From: Octopus sinensis
Lineage: Eukaryota
DNA length: 64,000 nt
Direction: 5' to 3'
Assembly: GCF_006345805.1 (NCBI RefSeq)
Contig: NC_043001.1
Span: 33,480,001 to 33,544,000, forward strand
The position numbers were made by a program, and so were the translations under genes. Numbering within the stretch: position 1 is the first letter of the stretch; the number at the start of each line of letters is the position of its first letter. Below are positions 39,380-53,285 of this stretch, in pieces. The notes under the pieces were generated by a model. It saw only the letters and a program-made list of their open reading frames with translations. It searched no databases and was not told the origin of the DNA.

Positions 39380-39662
39380 GCCAGTGCTGCTGGACTGGCT
39401 CCTGTGCAGGTGGCACATAAAAAGCACTATTTGAGCATGGCCGTTGCTAGTACCGCCTGACTGGCCCTCGTGCTGGTGGTACGTAAAAGCACCCACTACA
39501 CTCTCAGGGTGGTTGATGTTAGGAAGGGCATCCAGCTGCAGAAACTCTGCCTGATCAGATTGGAGCCTGGTGCAACCAGCTGGTTTGCCAGTCCTCAGTC
39601 AAATCGTCCAACCAATGCTAGCATGGAAAGCGGACGTTAAACGATGATGATGACGATGATGA
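39380..39662 (+). mobile_element. SINE family R
   Basis: Standard body and tail. Confidence 0.85.
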
Positions 39663-40844
39663 TAAATATATTGAAGAGAAGTGATCATTATTCTTAATGA
39701 CTAATTCTAGTTAAGAAAGGCAAAGGAAACAACTCTGCAATTTTAATTAATTAAAATCAGTTAAAACTAAACAACAGTAGAATACCATTGAGAATGGGTC
39801 GGATCTTAGACAATTCAGTGACAACTTTGAACATGTTTCAATCTCCTTACACCACATCAGCAAAGCATAGTTTAACAATTGCTACTAGATTTTAGATTTC
39901 CACCTTTATTCCAGTCTCTCTCTTACAGTCTTATGTATAATGAGTGATTTTTTTCATCATTAGTTTTGAAAATGTAAAGAAGTTTTAGTTGTTGCAGATG
40001 AAATAGCATTACTGAGAAATTAGATAAGCACAAGATGCTAATTTTCTTTCCTGAAAAGCCATACATAAGCTAGTATTAACGCATTTAGCATTTCAACAAT
40101 TTGTGAGGTGGTTATAATAAGACCATATTAGGATCTGAGTTATCTCCCCTATTTCCTAGAAAAATATTAGGAACTAACATTGATCATTTATTAACAACAC
40201 ATTTTCCCCCCATCATCACAAACGTTTTTTTTTTTTAATGTGGCTCATTAAATATGTTAAATCTAATTAAAAGTTTATTTGTAAGTGTGGCAACAGGAAA
40301 GGAAAAATATCTGATAGTGTGAGAATGAACATAATATGCATGTTTATATGAGTGCAAGGAAAAGTGTTATATATATATTGGTCTTTGAGTGCATGTGTGT
40401 GTGTGTGTATGTGTATGTGTGTGTTTTTGTGTTCCTCTGGTTTGCAAAAATTGATGAAATAGGATTGCCAGCTAGAAGGGCATCTAGCTGTAAAACTCTG
40501 CCCTTAAAAACCTATCAAACCCACGATAGCATGGAAAAATGGATGTAAAATGATGATGATAGTGATGATGAGGACAATGATGGTGATGGTGGCAGTGACA
40601 ATGCTGGTAATAATATCAACAGGTCTGATGTATCAATTACAAATTAGGTATTTGTATTGAAAAAATCAAACTTTGAACCATGAAAAATATCAAACTATGT
40701 ACAAACACAAACATACGTACTCACATAAAAACACAAATCCATACATACAATCATATGATCAGTCAAGTCACCCATATGTTCATAAACACAACACATGTCT
40801 TTGTATTTCTACAATTCACATGTTTTTTTTTTGTTTTTTTTTAT

Positions 40845-41665
40845 CGAGGCATCATCCAGTCCAGCTGATTGCCCGGGCCTCCCTACTACCTCTCTCCATC
40901 CCTCCTGATCTTTCATTAGTGATTTTAGGTCTTCAACTTGGTATCCAACATCTTCTGCAAGCTGTTGTATATATATGTCTTCCGTGATCTTCGAGCAGTT
41001 GTGGTACCATGATTTGGCATGTGGCACCATGATTTAAGGCGGTGAGCTGGCAGAATCGTTAGCACGCCGGGTGAAATGCTTAGCGGTATTTCGTCTGCCA
41101 CTACGTTCTGAGTTCAAATTCCGCCGAGGTTGACTTTGCCTTTCATCCTTTCGGGGTCGATTAAATAAGAACCAGTTCTGCACTGGCGTCGATGTAATCG
41201 ACTTGATCCGTGTGTCTGTACTTGTTTGTACCCTCTGTGTTTAGCCCTTTGTGGGTAGTAAACAAATAGGTACCATGATTTGGCATCCACAGCAACACAT
41301 TACTCACAAGTTCTTTACTTCTCCAGTAGTGACCAGCAAACCCCAATCTCTGCTCTTGGATGGTTGATGACGAAGTTGGTACATTTCAATACTACCGTTG
41401 TTTTACTGAGTGTTCCCTCAAGAGATGTTGAGCACTGCATGTAACATTCTGGTGTAGGCACCATCCAGCATGCACCTGAGTCTCTTGGTGGGAGTCCAAG
41501 TCAGAGATCCATATGCAAGCACAGATTCAACAACTGTTCTGTAGAACTGTCTCTTCAATTTATTGGGCAGGGTTGACTTCCATATTATTCTAAAACCATC
41601 TATAGCTGCCCAAGCCTTAGCAATGTGAGATTTAATATCTTTGAGACCAAAAGTGAAATTAGAGA
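40845..41665 (-). mobile_element. RTE/RTE-X LINE remnant interrupted by a Q SINE (41035-41270)
   Basis: KAWAAI...IWKSTL...FYRTVVESVLAYGSLTW; GFAGHYWRSKELVSNVLLWMPNHG; TSD ggtaccatgatttggcat around the SINE. Confidence 0.85.
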
Positions 41666-42084
41666 GCCCCCTGGGAAAGCAACACAGTGCGTGCAAAAAT
41701 AATCAACATAAAGGAAATAACCAAACTGCACAACAAGAATCCTACGAGAAGAAGCTTAAATAGAAAAATGAAGGTGCTGAAAGAACTTAATGTATTATAT
41801 CAGATGGAGCAGCAAAAATACATTCAAAGCCAGTGAACAGCAATGATGACAGTGGTTTGACTTTGAATCTCTTCAACAATTCAAAATAATGAATTTAATT
41901 CCTCTTGATTCTACCTCAGTTCATCTAATTGTATTTATTTATCGTTACTTTTCATAAAAAAGCCTTTATTTTTTTGATATTCAATATACATTTTCGCTTT
42001 TTTTTCTTCTTACTTTCCCCATATCGTTTCCATGTGTAGTTTCTATTTTCTTTTTGAAACATATTTCTTTTATATATATATATA

Positions 42085-42430
42085 CAAACCCTTTCAGGCA
42101 GATGGCCCTGCTCGATCTGTAGAAAAGGTGTAGGTAGAAACTCCGTAAGATGTACCCAGTCTAAGCTATGGACACATAAGAGGTGTAGCAATATCAAAGG
42201 AAGGCTAACTGGGAAGATAGTTTTTGTGAGTGGTAAATGTTCAGGAGCAATAAACATTGAAAATATGCAGAGAACAGCTTCCATCAGATTCCAGGGGAAA
42301 AAACTACAAGTAGTTGATAGCTTCCATGACCAAGGTGACCAAGTCAGTAGTGGGGATGGATGCTCTGAAAGTATAGCTGCTAGAGTAAGGATAGCCTGGG
42401 CAAAGTTCAGAGAGCTCCTACCTCTGCTTT
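42085..42430 (+). mobile_element. RTE LINE fragment
   Basis: KKLQVVDSFHDQGDQVSSGDGCSESIAARVRIAWAKFRELLPLL. Confidence 0.85.
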
Positions 42431-42634
42431 ACTAATTAAATTGTTTACATTTACCACCTAATAACAGCAGCAGTAATACCTTTCTACAGCAATGGCAAGG
42501 AAACCAAAACTATATATGAATATCACAGTCATTTATTCATGGTGATGGTAGTGGTGGTGGTGGTGGTGGTGGTGGTGGTGGTGGTGGTGGTGATGGTGAT
42601 AATAAAAATGAAGATGATGATGATGACAATGACA

Positions 42635-42668
<34 letters not shown>

Positions 42669-42797
42669 CAACAACGATGAGGATTTCTTTTATTTGCCAC
42701 CAGGGTGATGGATCAGCAGCAGCAGCAGCAGTGATACTGATGAAGGTATTTCACATCATCTTGATCAGAGATGACAATTATGATCACTAATAAATAG

Positions 42798-42835
<38 letters not shown>

Positions 42836-43776
42836 GTGATGATGATAGCCTTCATCATCTTATGTCACTTGCCTTACTGTGTGTACCAGGTAAATCTCTG
42901 TTAGCAAAATCAACCAATTCAAAGAAATAAGGAACCACCTGAATAAATTATAATAGATTACACACCCACTATGATAATGACGGTATTCTGGTTAGGAGGA
43001 GAATCGATAAAGCAAGGAAGTTTTAACTTATCTTAATATCTACATATCTCTAAGCTGTCCCTGCATGTCAGATTGCCTGTCTCCATGCCTTATGTCCACT
43101 CAAAGAGAGATAAACCATAACCTAACCTATTGTTCATTAAATTATGACATTTCAGACTCCGAAGATCAGGAGTCCAAATAATTACAATCACATTAACAAC
43201 TCATTTCAGAATTTAATTAATTTCTTAATATATTATCCTGTATATTTTCCTTCAGAGATGTCTATTAAATATATATTTGAATGAAAGTATGCATTCACTC
43301 TCAATGGCAGCTTGTAAATAAAATCAGTTGGGGTGCTGCTTCAGAAAATTTTTAGCAGTTGTTTTAATATTGGGCAAAAGGAAATAAATATGTAAAAAGA
43401 ATATTTATACATAAACTTGATCGGTTGACATTTTAGCCACTGCCAGGTAGTATATTTAATTTGTTCACTGAACACCACCATGAATTACCATGTGTTTTTC
43501 AAAAATCACCCCTAAATCACAAAATAATAGGGGAAAATCTGCCCTATTTTTCAAATTCTGGCAGCAACACTGAAGCAGGGAGTAGGATAATAATCTAATT
43601 CTACACTTTATCACATTCAAGTTGGTAATTTTCTCAGAGAGGATGATGGAATGGAGTGTTACATGGTGGAGACTGAGCTGGTAGGAAGGAGAGTGAGAGG
43701 AAGGCAGAGAATGATGTTTGGATGAAGAAGAGAATGAATATGCAGAGCGAGAAAGACCTTTTAGTTTTTTCTTGAT

Positions 43777-44400
43777 CTAGAAACATTCCAACACAACTCC
43801 ATGCTCATGTTTGTTGCCTGTTCTACCTGAATAAAGAAACGTGATCCCATTTGAGACAACTTTCCCTGTGCCAGGCCATCTCACTTCACAAACACTCACA
43901 ATGTTAATGGACAACCATCTCATCTCCTTCAAAATATTATCCATTTTTCCACTCTGGTACGTTGTCCTTACATTCCATGTCGAGACTGATGTTGTTTTTG
44001 CTGCAGTAGCATGATAACAATTGGGTAGCTCCCACAGCAAATGATAGTCCCTACCGAACGAAATCCCATTTCTGGTATCCTTCACATTGTTATTCCTTTT
44101 CTTGTTAGAAGACATTGCATGATCTATAGAAGGCAGAATATATGGGGTGGGTTGTCATTACCTTCCCCTGCACAGTGGAACTTAACCTAGTGAGCATCTA
44201 CCACTGTCCAAGTATGGATCATCTGCATAGCAGCAGTGGTCTTCAAACCGTTGGTCTACATGTGACTCTTCTACCCTGTTGGCCATCCAATGCCATGCTG
44301 CAAATGTCTTCAATGTCACCCTTGCTCAAGGGTAACCTGCAGACTATCGGAAGGAAGGAGCGCCTTACACCTCCTTTTCCCAATCATTAATTGATACCGA
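43777..44400 (-). mobile_element. RTE LINE 5' remnant (APE endonuclease N-terminus)
   Basis: STWNVRT...LKEMRWLSINIVSVCEVRWPGTG...YSG...HEHGV. Confidence 0.85.
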
Positions 44401-44924
44401 CACCTTCATGCCTTATATACAGATTCAAATTCAATAATGAAAAAAATATACTTTTTTGCATCGAAATTGGAAAAAATTGTGTAAGATAAGAGGTTAATAT
44501 AATTAATAAATCGTTAACTCAAGGTTTATTCTTAGAGCTCATAAAAATGACTGTTTTTTAATATGAAACTGCTTGAAATTGCTTTTAGTTCTATGAAACA
44601 ATCTTGTTTTCTTTTAATGTATTCTAAATCTTTAATCTTTAATCTTTTATCTTTTATTAGTTTTAATCATTGAACTACTCTGTAATGGGGTACCACATTG
44701 AAGATTGTAATCAAATAAATCAATCCCAATTAATTTTTCCATTTTTTTTTATTCTGGCACTTATTCTGCCAGTTGCTTTTACCAAATTGCTATGTTATGA
44801 GGATGTAAACAAACCAACACCAACACTCATGTGATGGTGATGATGGTGGGGGATAGACACAAGCACAAAGATGTGCACACACATATATGTATGTATGTAT
44901 GTATGTATATATGTATGTATATAT

Positions 44925-45228
44925 ATGGTGCCTATTTGTTTACTACCCACAAGGGGCTAAACACAGAGAGGACAAACAAGGACAGACAAACGGATTAAGT
45001 CGACCCCAGTGTGTAACTGGTACTTATTTAATCGACCCCGAAAGGATGAAAGGCAAAGTCAACCTTGGCGGAATTCAAACTCAGAACGTAGTGGCAGATG
45101 AAATACCGCTAAGCATTTCGCCCAGCGTGCTAACGATTCTGCCAGCTCACCGGCTTAAATCATGATGCCACATGCCAAATCATGGTACCACAACTGCTCG
45201 AAGACCATGGAAGACATATATACACAAC
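44925..45228 (-). repeat. Inverted copy of the Q SINE plus RTE flank from ~40965-41275
   Basis: Shares the flank aaatcatg(g/a)tgccacatgccaaatcatggtaccacaactgctcgaaga and diagnostic SINE variants. Confidence 0.85.
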
Positions 45229-45229
45229 A

Positions 45230-45311
45230 TGATTTTTCTTATTTTCCCCTTACATTTCCACGTGTATTTTATATTTTCTTTTTATAACATGTTTCTATAT
45301 AACATATATAG

Positions 45312-45350
<39 letters not shown>

Positions 45351-45494
45351 ATTTTATCATTTTATCTAGTTTCAGCTCACGAGCTGTGGCCATGCTGGGG
45401 CACCGCCATTTATTCTATATATATAGTAGAAATATGTTATAAAAAGAAAATATAAAATACACGTGGAAATGTAAGGGGAAAATAAGAAAAATCA
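45230..45494. repeat. Perfect 61-bp inverted repeat around (TA)n and a LINE/SINE tail fragment
   Basis: 45230-45290 is the exact reverse complement of 45434-45494; a diverged single copy lies at ~41958-42072. Confidence 0.95.
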
Positions 45495-45618
45495 ACGAAA
45501 ATGCACATTGTAAATAAAAAAAGAAAAGGCTTTATATATATATATATACACACATATATATACATACACACACACATACACAAATATAAATACACACACA
45601 CACACACACATATATATA

Positions 45619-46865
45619 TCAGGCTGATGAAAAGTAAACAGTGTTTTGAAACATGAAATTCAATACAATATATTTCAACAATGCTGAAATTTTATTCCTC
45701 AAAGTATCATTACAATCAATACATTTTTGTCAACTAGTTACAAGTTTGTTTATTCCAGTAACATAAAAATCTGGAGTTTTGCAGCTCATGAACTCTTTGA
45801 ACACACTTTCAGCATCAGTTTGATTTTCGAACTCTTTCTCTTGCAGGGAACCATCAAGGTGCTTGAAAAAGTGGTAGTCGGTGGGAGAAAGGTCTGGGGA
45901 ATAAACTGGGTGGAAAAGAACTTTATAACCAAGTTCACTCAACTTCTGGAGTGTCATTAGTGAATGATTGGCCCTCTTTTGTTGACCAGTCTCGGGGATA
46001 GACAAGTAGCAGTTTTTCCTTCATTTTGGCCATTTCGTGGCAATATGTTTCTGCAGTAATATTTTTTCCGGGTTTTAAGAAGTTATAAGGGATGAGTCCA
46101 GCAGTACAGCACCAAGCAGTCACCATAACATTCTATTTGAAGAGTTCAGGTTTAGGGAAGGTTTACGGCCCTATATTTTGGTCCAACCACAGTGAAAAAC
46201 GTTTTTTATTATTGTACAAAATCCACTTTACATTACAACATACAATATGGTTGAGAAAGGGATTGGTCTGGTTACAGAGAAGAAGCAACAAGCAAATTTC
46301 GTATCTGTGCATTTTCTGATTTTCATTCAAATCATGTGGTACCCATTTATCAAGCTTTTTTTGATTTTCTGATCATATTCAAATGGTTGCAGGCAGTTTT
46401 CTGGCTAACTTGAAGTTCTTTTGTCAATTTTCAAGTGGTTTTAAATGGATATTTTTCAATGAAGGTCTTTAATTGACCATTATTGATGACAGATGGGTGT
46501 CCACTATGCCCATGCTCAGGTCTCCACTGCGAAATTGTTTAAACCATTTTTGAGCTGACCACTCACTGGTCATTTTCTCACCAAATGTTTCAATGATATT
46601 GCAAGCGGTTTCAGCTGCTTTACGTCCTCCTTTGAAGTTGAATAGCAAAATTGCTTGAATATCGTGCTTTGACAGTTCCATTTCAGATGATTGTAACAGC
46701 AGTGGAAAAAATATCAATGTTAATTTATTGATGCATTTGGGCAAGTCTGTGTCTGTATTATCAGACAATTGTATAAAAAATATTTCAAAAATATTCAAAA
46801 CTCTGCAAAAATTCAGTACAAATTCTTCATGGTTCAAATAGTTGCTTATTTTTTACTCAACCTAA
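45619..46865 (-). mobile_element. Decayed mariner (Hsmar1/cecropia-like, DD34D)
   Basis: MELSKHDIQAILLFNFKGGRKAAETA...; HPVYSPDLSPTDYHFFKHLD; degenerate ~39-bp TIRs; stops and frameshifts. Confidence 0.92.
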
Positions 46866-46866
46866 C

Positions 46867-46932
<66 letters not shown>

Positions 46933-47021
46933 ATGTGTGTGTGCATGTGTATGTGTATGTGTGTGTGTGTGTGTGCATGCGTGTGTGTATCTGTGTGTGT
47001 GTATGCATGCATGTGTGCATG

Positions 47022-47060
<39 letters not shown>

Positions 47061-47246
47061 ACAAGATGCTTCTACACAGTTTCCATCTACCAAATTTACT
47101 CACAAGGCATTGTTCACTCTGAGTCTGTAGCAGAAGATAGAGGCCCAAGGATCCATGCAGTGGGACTGAATCCAAAACCACATGGCTACAAAACAAGCAT
47201 CTTAACTTATTTCTATGCCTTTTAATGAAATTCCATGTTAGTTTCT

Positions 47247-47316
47247 GTTTCAAATACCACATTAATAATTTATGTTTCAAATACCACATTAATAATTTTT
47301 GTTTCAAATACCACAT
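47247..47316. repeat. About 3 x 26-bp tandem repeat
   Basis: tgtttcaaataccacattaataattt repeated. Confidence 0.85.
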
Positions 47317-47562
47317 GACAAAGTTATTTTTTAATAAATTCTTCATTATTTTCAAAATTAATTAAAAGAAATGTAGATTTGCTATAAAAAATGGCCAGAA
47401 AAGAATTCAACAACCTTTTTCTTTTATAGCAATGTTTAAAAAGCTTTTCCATGTTATCAAATGGGGCAGATAATTACTTACTTGTGAAAAAAAGAATGTG
47501 GGACACCTACAGCAATTTTCTAAATATGAAGAATGCATCAATAGCTTGTTTCTCAACACGAT

Positions 47563-47790
47563 TTAACCCTTTTGTCACCATATTTCTGTTGAGATGCTCT
47601 ATGTTTCTTTCAATTATTTTAAATATAACAAAGAATTTAGTAAAATAACATATTTGTCATTAAGCTAGTGTTAGGAACATAAATTGTGACTAAGATTTGG
47701 TGGAAGATTTTAATTCAAAACTTATGAAAACAAGGCATTTGTACCCAGAGCCAGAGCCTGTTTCAGCCAGGTTGGTAACGAAAGGGTTAA
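47563..47790 (+). mobile_element. piggyBac-type MITE, family A
   Basis: TTAACCCTTT...AAAGGGTTAA with TTAA at both ends. Confidence 0.88.
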
Positions 47791-48860
47791 TATCAATCTA
47801 TATGTTTTCTTTATAAATATTCAATAATACATATATGTTTGTCGATGTTTCAGCTCATACAATGATATGTAAGAATAGGTGCTTTCTTCATTCCTTTTCA
47901 TAGCCATATACTTAACAATATGTGTTTGATCTTATCATAAGCAGCCTTGGATTATCTAATCCTTAATTTAACTTCTTTGATGTTTATCCCATCTGATGTT
48001 ATGATGGTTCCCAAATATCAACAAATTTCAAGGTTATTTCATTAATTCTTATATCTTATATTGCAAATTAGTGGTATTTCCTTTGAAAGTGTTTTTTTCT
48101 GTTTTTGTTTTAATGTTAGAATCTTGACTCATCTTTTCTCTTTCAGAATTCACAATACTATTTAATGTTTATAGATCTAACCCTGAGTTGCTATGAGGTC
48201 TGTGTCATCTACATATATATATATAGATAGATAGATAGATGAAACATAAGATATTCTTGATGCCTTGTCCATCTATCTGTATTCATGGCAGATGTCCAAT
48301 AAATTGCATACATATACAGTTATACGTGCATACAAACATATATATATGTGTATGTAGGTATATACAATAATTCCTCGCCATATCGCAGTTCACCTATCAC
48401 AGTTTATTATTTAAGCTTAGGTTAATTCCTATGTTTGAGATATTGTTTTACAGCTAGCTGCTCTTCCTGTCTCTAATCCTAATTCATTTTACAAGTAAAG
48501 GTTCCCTTATTCTACATGTCTTCAAAGGCACAAAGCTAGGGAATAATTTGCTGACAGGATTAAAAGGCAGGGATCTCATCAAACATAGCTCAATGATATT
48601 TAGATATCTGCAAATTCAAGCACAAATACACACACACACACATATATATGTGCACGTGTGTGTGTGAGTGCATGCACGTGCAATAGGCTTCTTTCAGTTT
48701 CTCTCTCCCAAATCCATTCACAAGACTTTGTCAGCTCAGGATTATAGTAGAAAACTTGCCCAAGCCCAAGGTGGCACACAACACAACTGAATTTGAAACC
48801 ACATGGTTGAGAAATAAACTTCTTAGACATACAGTTATACCTACATCTATATAGTACGTA

Positions 48861-49439
48861 CACAGACATGCAGGAAATAAATAGACACCTTTAATTTTCA
48901 AAATTTCTGATTTAAGCGTCTTAATATGTTCTCAGTAGTGTAGAGTTTACAATGTAATTATTCTTTTTCATTCCAGGTACCATTATACTAAACATTTGTG
49001 AAGAGTAACCATGCCATGCACAAAAAAATTCAGCAGAACTGTCAGATTTTCAAAGAGGTTGTATTGTTGGGCAATCTGAGGCTGGTCGCAGCCAGAGAAA
49101 AATTGCTGAAAATCTTCAAATTCCTCTTGTTACTGTTAATAGAATTATAGTGCAATTCAAAAGCCAAGGTAAAAAATTAACAGATTCTCGTCCCGGTTGA
49201 CCTGGGCCCTCGGAAAGGAAGCTTTGCTGTGTAAAGAGAATCGTGGAAAACAAACCCCATTCGAAGGCTTATGACATTGCAAAACAGCTAGAAGTTAGTC
49301 CAAGAATGTGTGTTACATATCTGCATAAGCTTGGGTATTATAGATGAGCAGCTAGACGAAAACCTCTCCTTCAACCAATTAATATCAAATTAAAGATTTT
49401 GAAAATTAAAGGTGTATATTTATTTCCTGCATGTCTGTG
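48861..49439 (+). mobile_element. Internally deleted Tc1 transposon
   Basis: ~44-bp TIR cacagacatgcaggaaataaatagacacctttaattttcaaaat (1 mismatch), TA on both sides; [12 protein letters not shown]...[13 protein letters not shown]...AARRKPLL; DDE domain absent. Confidence 0.92.
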
Positions 49440-49447
49440 TAGATATG

Positions 49448-49489
<42 letters not shown>

Positions 49490-49722
49490 CTATACGCATA
49501 CATACATATATGTATCTATGAATAAATGTATATGTATGCACATACATACATACATATATATACATACACATACACATACATACATATGAAGATGATTGCT
49601 AGAGATCAAAAGTTATTAAAATTTAGTTTAGATGCAAATATATTGAAAAAACTTTTATATCTAAAATGATGTTAGCAGTCAGAATATTAAAATAATATCT
49701 TGATTTCTTTCCCCAGAAATAT

Positions 49723-50011
49723 GTTTGTCCTTTCTTGAGCCATGCCTGGCTCATAAGGGCCGGTTTCCTGGTTTCCTAGACGTATAGGTCCCTACCTGGA
49801 TGGGAAGCCAGTCCGCACAGGTGAGCTGCAAGATGCAGGAGGAAAGAGTGAGAGAAAGTTGTGGCAAAAGAGTCAGCATCACCTCCTGCTGGAGCTGCAT
49901 GGAGCTTAGGTGTTTCACTCATAAACACACATATCACCCTGTCTGAGATTCGAACCCACAATCCCTCGACTGCAAGTATACTGCTCTAACCACTAGGCCA
50001 TGTGCCTCCAC
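49723..50011 (-). mobile_element. SINE family S' with 13-bp TSD
   Basis: TSD tccccagaaatat at 49710-49722 and 50012-50024. Confidence 0.88.
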
Positions 50012-50289
50012 TCCCCAGAAATATACATTTTAAAGTTTTTTATTTGCCAAGTCATAAAGAAAATACAAAAGATTTTACTATATTGTTTACCTGTGAACAA
50101 ATTGATGCTACTTTGTTGTAACAAGTGAAATTTTTGCTTAAATGTGTGTGCATGTATAGTTTACAGTTTCTTTATATGTAGGATCAACAAAAAAAAGTAC
50201 TCCATGCAGTGTGAGATAAATATCATTTAACTTATACAATTAACAAAGAGCTATTAGTAGTTTCATGCTTTAAGATACATTAAATTGGA

Positions 50290-50320
<31 letters not shown>

Positions 50321-50412
50321 TGTATGTATGTATTAGTTCATTCATTTAATGTCTATTTTTACAACACAACAAGCAGATGACTTTTATTATGGATTTATTA
50401 TAAGAAGAGTTG

Positions 50413-50800
50413 AGGCGCATTGGCCCAGTGGTTAGGGCAGCGGTCTCGCGGTCATAGGATCGCAGTTTCGATTCCCAGACCGGGCGTTGTGAGTGTTTAT
50501 TGAGCAAAAAAACACCTAAAAAAGCTCCACGAGGCTCCGGCAGGGGATGGTGGTGATCCCTGCTGTACTCTTTCACCACAACTTTCTCTCACTCTTACTT
50601 CCTGTTTCTGTTGTGCCTGTATTTCAAGGGGCCGGCCTTGTCACTCTCTGTGTCACGCTGAATATCCCCGAGAACTACGTTAAGGGTGCACGTGTCTGTG
50701 GAGTGCTCAGCCACTTACACGTTAATTTCATGAGCAGGCTGTTCCGTTGATTTGGATCAACCGGAACCCCTCATCGTCGTAACCGACGGAGTGCTTCCAT
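50413..50800 (+). mobile_element. SINE family S
   Basis: Close match to 26643-27025. Confidence 0.9.
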
Positions 50801-51149
50801 CCATTATAAGAAGAATTTTATTGGTGGATGGCGAATGGTGAAACACTGTCAGGTTTTCCACTACATCTCATTTCATTCTGATCTCAAATCTGACTAGGGT
50901 TGACTTCGCCATTCATCCTCCGAGGATTATCAAAATACAAAAACAGTCAAGTATTGGAGATGATATTGTGAACTATGTCCATTCCACAAAATTGGTGTTT
51001 TGTACCGAAGTTAGTGACAATTCTCAAAATTAAATACACATCTAGAGTGTTACAGCAATATATATATCATCATCATCATCATTGTCATTTAACGTCCGTT
51101 TTCCATGCTAGCATGGGTTGGACAATATCTCTTTTTCTCTTTTTCTCTT

Positions 51150-51548
51150 TCTCTTTTTACTTGTTTCAGTCATTTGACTGTGGCCATGCTGGATTACCGC
51201 CTTTAGTCGAGCAAATCGACCCCGGGACTTATTCTTTGTAAGCCCAGTACTTATTCTATCGGTCTCTTTTGCCGAACCGCTAAGTGACGGGGACGTAAAC
51301 ACACCAGCATCGGTTGTCAAGCAATGCTAGGGGAACAAACATAGACACACAAACATATTCACACACACTTATATATATATACATATATACGACAGGCTTC
51401 TTCAGTTTCCGTCTACCAAATCCACTCACAAGGCATTGGTCGGCCGGGGCTATAGCAGAAGACACTTGCCCAAGATGCCACGCAGTGGGACTGAACCCGG
51501 AACCATGTGGTTGGTTAGCAAGCTACTTACCAAACAGCCACTCCTGCG
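51150..51548 (-). mobile_element. SINE family P
   Basis: Full-length match. Confidence 0.9.
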
Positions 51549-51563
51549 CCTATATATATATAT

Positions 51564-51643
<80 letters not shown>

Positions 51644-52454
51644 TAAATATCAACATCTTTATTGTTACAATAATATGTAGATGTTAATTACAATAAATTA
51701 TTTTATTACAGTATTTTATTACGAGTACTTTATTACAATCTTCATCTTCCTCATCCTCATCATCAACACCATCATGATTATCATCATCCATCATCATCAT
51801 CGTCGTCGTCGTTGTCGTCATCGTTACCACCATTATTTTATGTGGGTATGGGTTGGACAGGCGGTTGCATTCTGAGTCATTTCTTATTGAGAGCTACTGC
51901 TCTCATAGACTGGTGTTTCTATATGTTATCTGGTTTAGTTTACATGGTTGCATGGTCTTCCTATCACCAACTACTTTACTGCATTGGGTGCATTTTCTTA
52001 TGGTACCAGTATCAGAGAGGTTAGTAAGTTCTCAGAAGGACAGCACTATACCTTCTCTGCTCAGAGGAGAGAGAGAGAGTGATGACAGCAAAAAAAACCA
52101 AATGTGCAGGCAAAAGGAGCAAAAGCATATGAGTATAAAGTACTCATTGACCTAAGATGTGTACTTTTGCTCGGATGACCAAGGAGAGGAACAAAGGAGA
52201 AAGAAGGGTAACAGTTGAAGGTTTAGAAGGAATAGGTAAAAAAAAAAAAGAAGAGTGTAAATGTAGAGGTGTTGTTGCTGTTGTTAGCCTCATATCAGCC
52301 CTTATCAAGAACACCTATGATTAAAGGCATTTCAGCCGTGACCATCCCATCTTGTTTTCTATACATAGGCAACCTGCTGTGCTTGAAGAGACCTATTGAG
52401 TCAAGTACATCAACATCGAAATAAAACTCAAATGGAAATTGCAGTTGTAATACC

Positions 52455-52750
52455 CGTGCAGGTGACACCTAAAAAGCACTATTCGAATGTGGTCGATGCC
52501 AGTGCCGCCTTGACTGGCTTTGGTGCCGGTGGCACGTAAAAAGCACCAACCGATCGTTGCCATTGCCAGCCTCCCCTGGTCCATAAAAAGCACCCACTAC
52601 ACTCACGGAGTGGTTGGCGTTAGGAAGGGCATCCAACTGTAGAAACACTGCCAGATCAGACTGGAGCCTGGTGCAGCCTCCTGGCTTCCCAGACCCCGGT
52701 TGAACTGTCCAACCATGGAAAACGGACGTTGAAAGATGATGATGATGATG
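52455..52750 (+). mobile_element. SINE family R
   Basis: Standard body and (GAT)n tail. Confidence 0.85.
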
Positions 52751-52939
52751 AAGAAGAATCCTGGACAATATTATCTAATAGACATTTTTCCATGGAAACC
52801 ATGTGTCATTTGTGGGAGATTTGGCTGCTATTTCTTATATATAGAGCAACCATGTAGAGGTTCCCTCAGACTGAAGGAAAGAGAAACTATGTTGAGGTGT
52901 ACAGCTTGCTAGTTCAGAAAAGTAGAACAATTAAGAAGC

Positions 52940-53285
52940 TCACACAGCAATCACATATTTTCAGGTTCAGTCCCACTGCACAGCACTTTGGACATGTGTC
53001 TTTTACTGAAGCTCTGAGCTAACCAATACCTTGTGGGTGAATTTGATAGATGGAAACTGTGTAGAATCCCATTGTAAATATGCTTGCGTTGTGTTTGTGT
53101 TTTCTCCCAACCAACCAACCAACAAAATGATAACTGGTGTTGGTTTCTTTACATCCCTCGTTCTGCAAAAGGGTCCGATAGAAGAACCAGACTTAAAAAG
53201 TAAGTACTGGGGCCAATTTATTTGACTAAATCTTTTACGGCAGTGCTCCAGCATGGTCACAGCCCAAGAACTGCAACAAGCAAAA
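52940..53285 (+). mobile_element. SINE family P, older copy
   Basis: ggttcagtcccactg...cagtgctccagcatggtc match. Confidence 0.7.
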
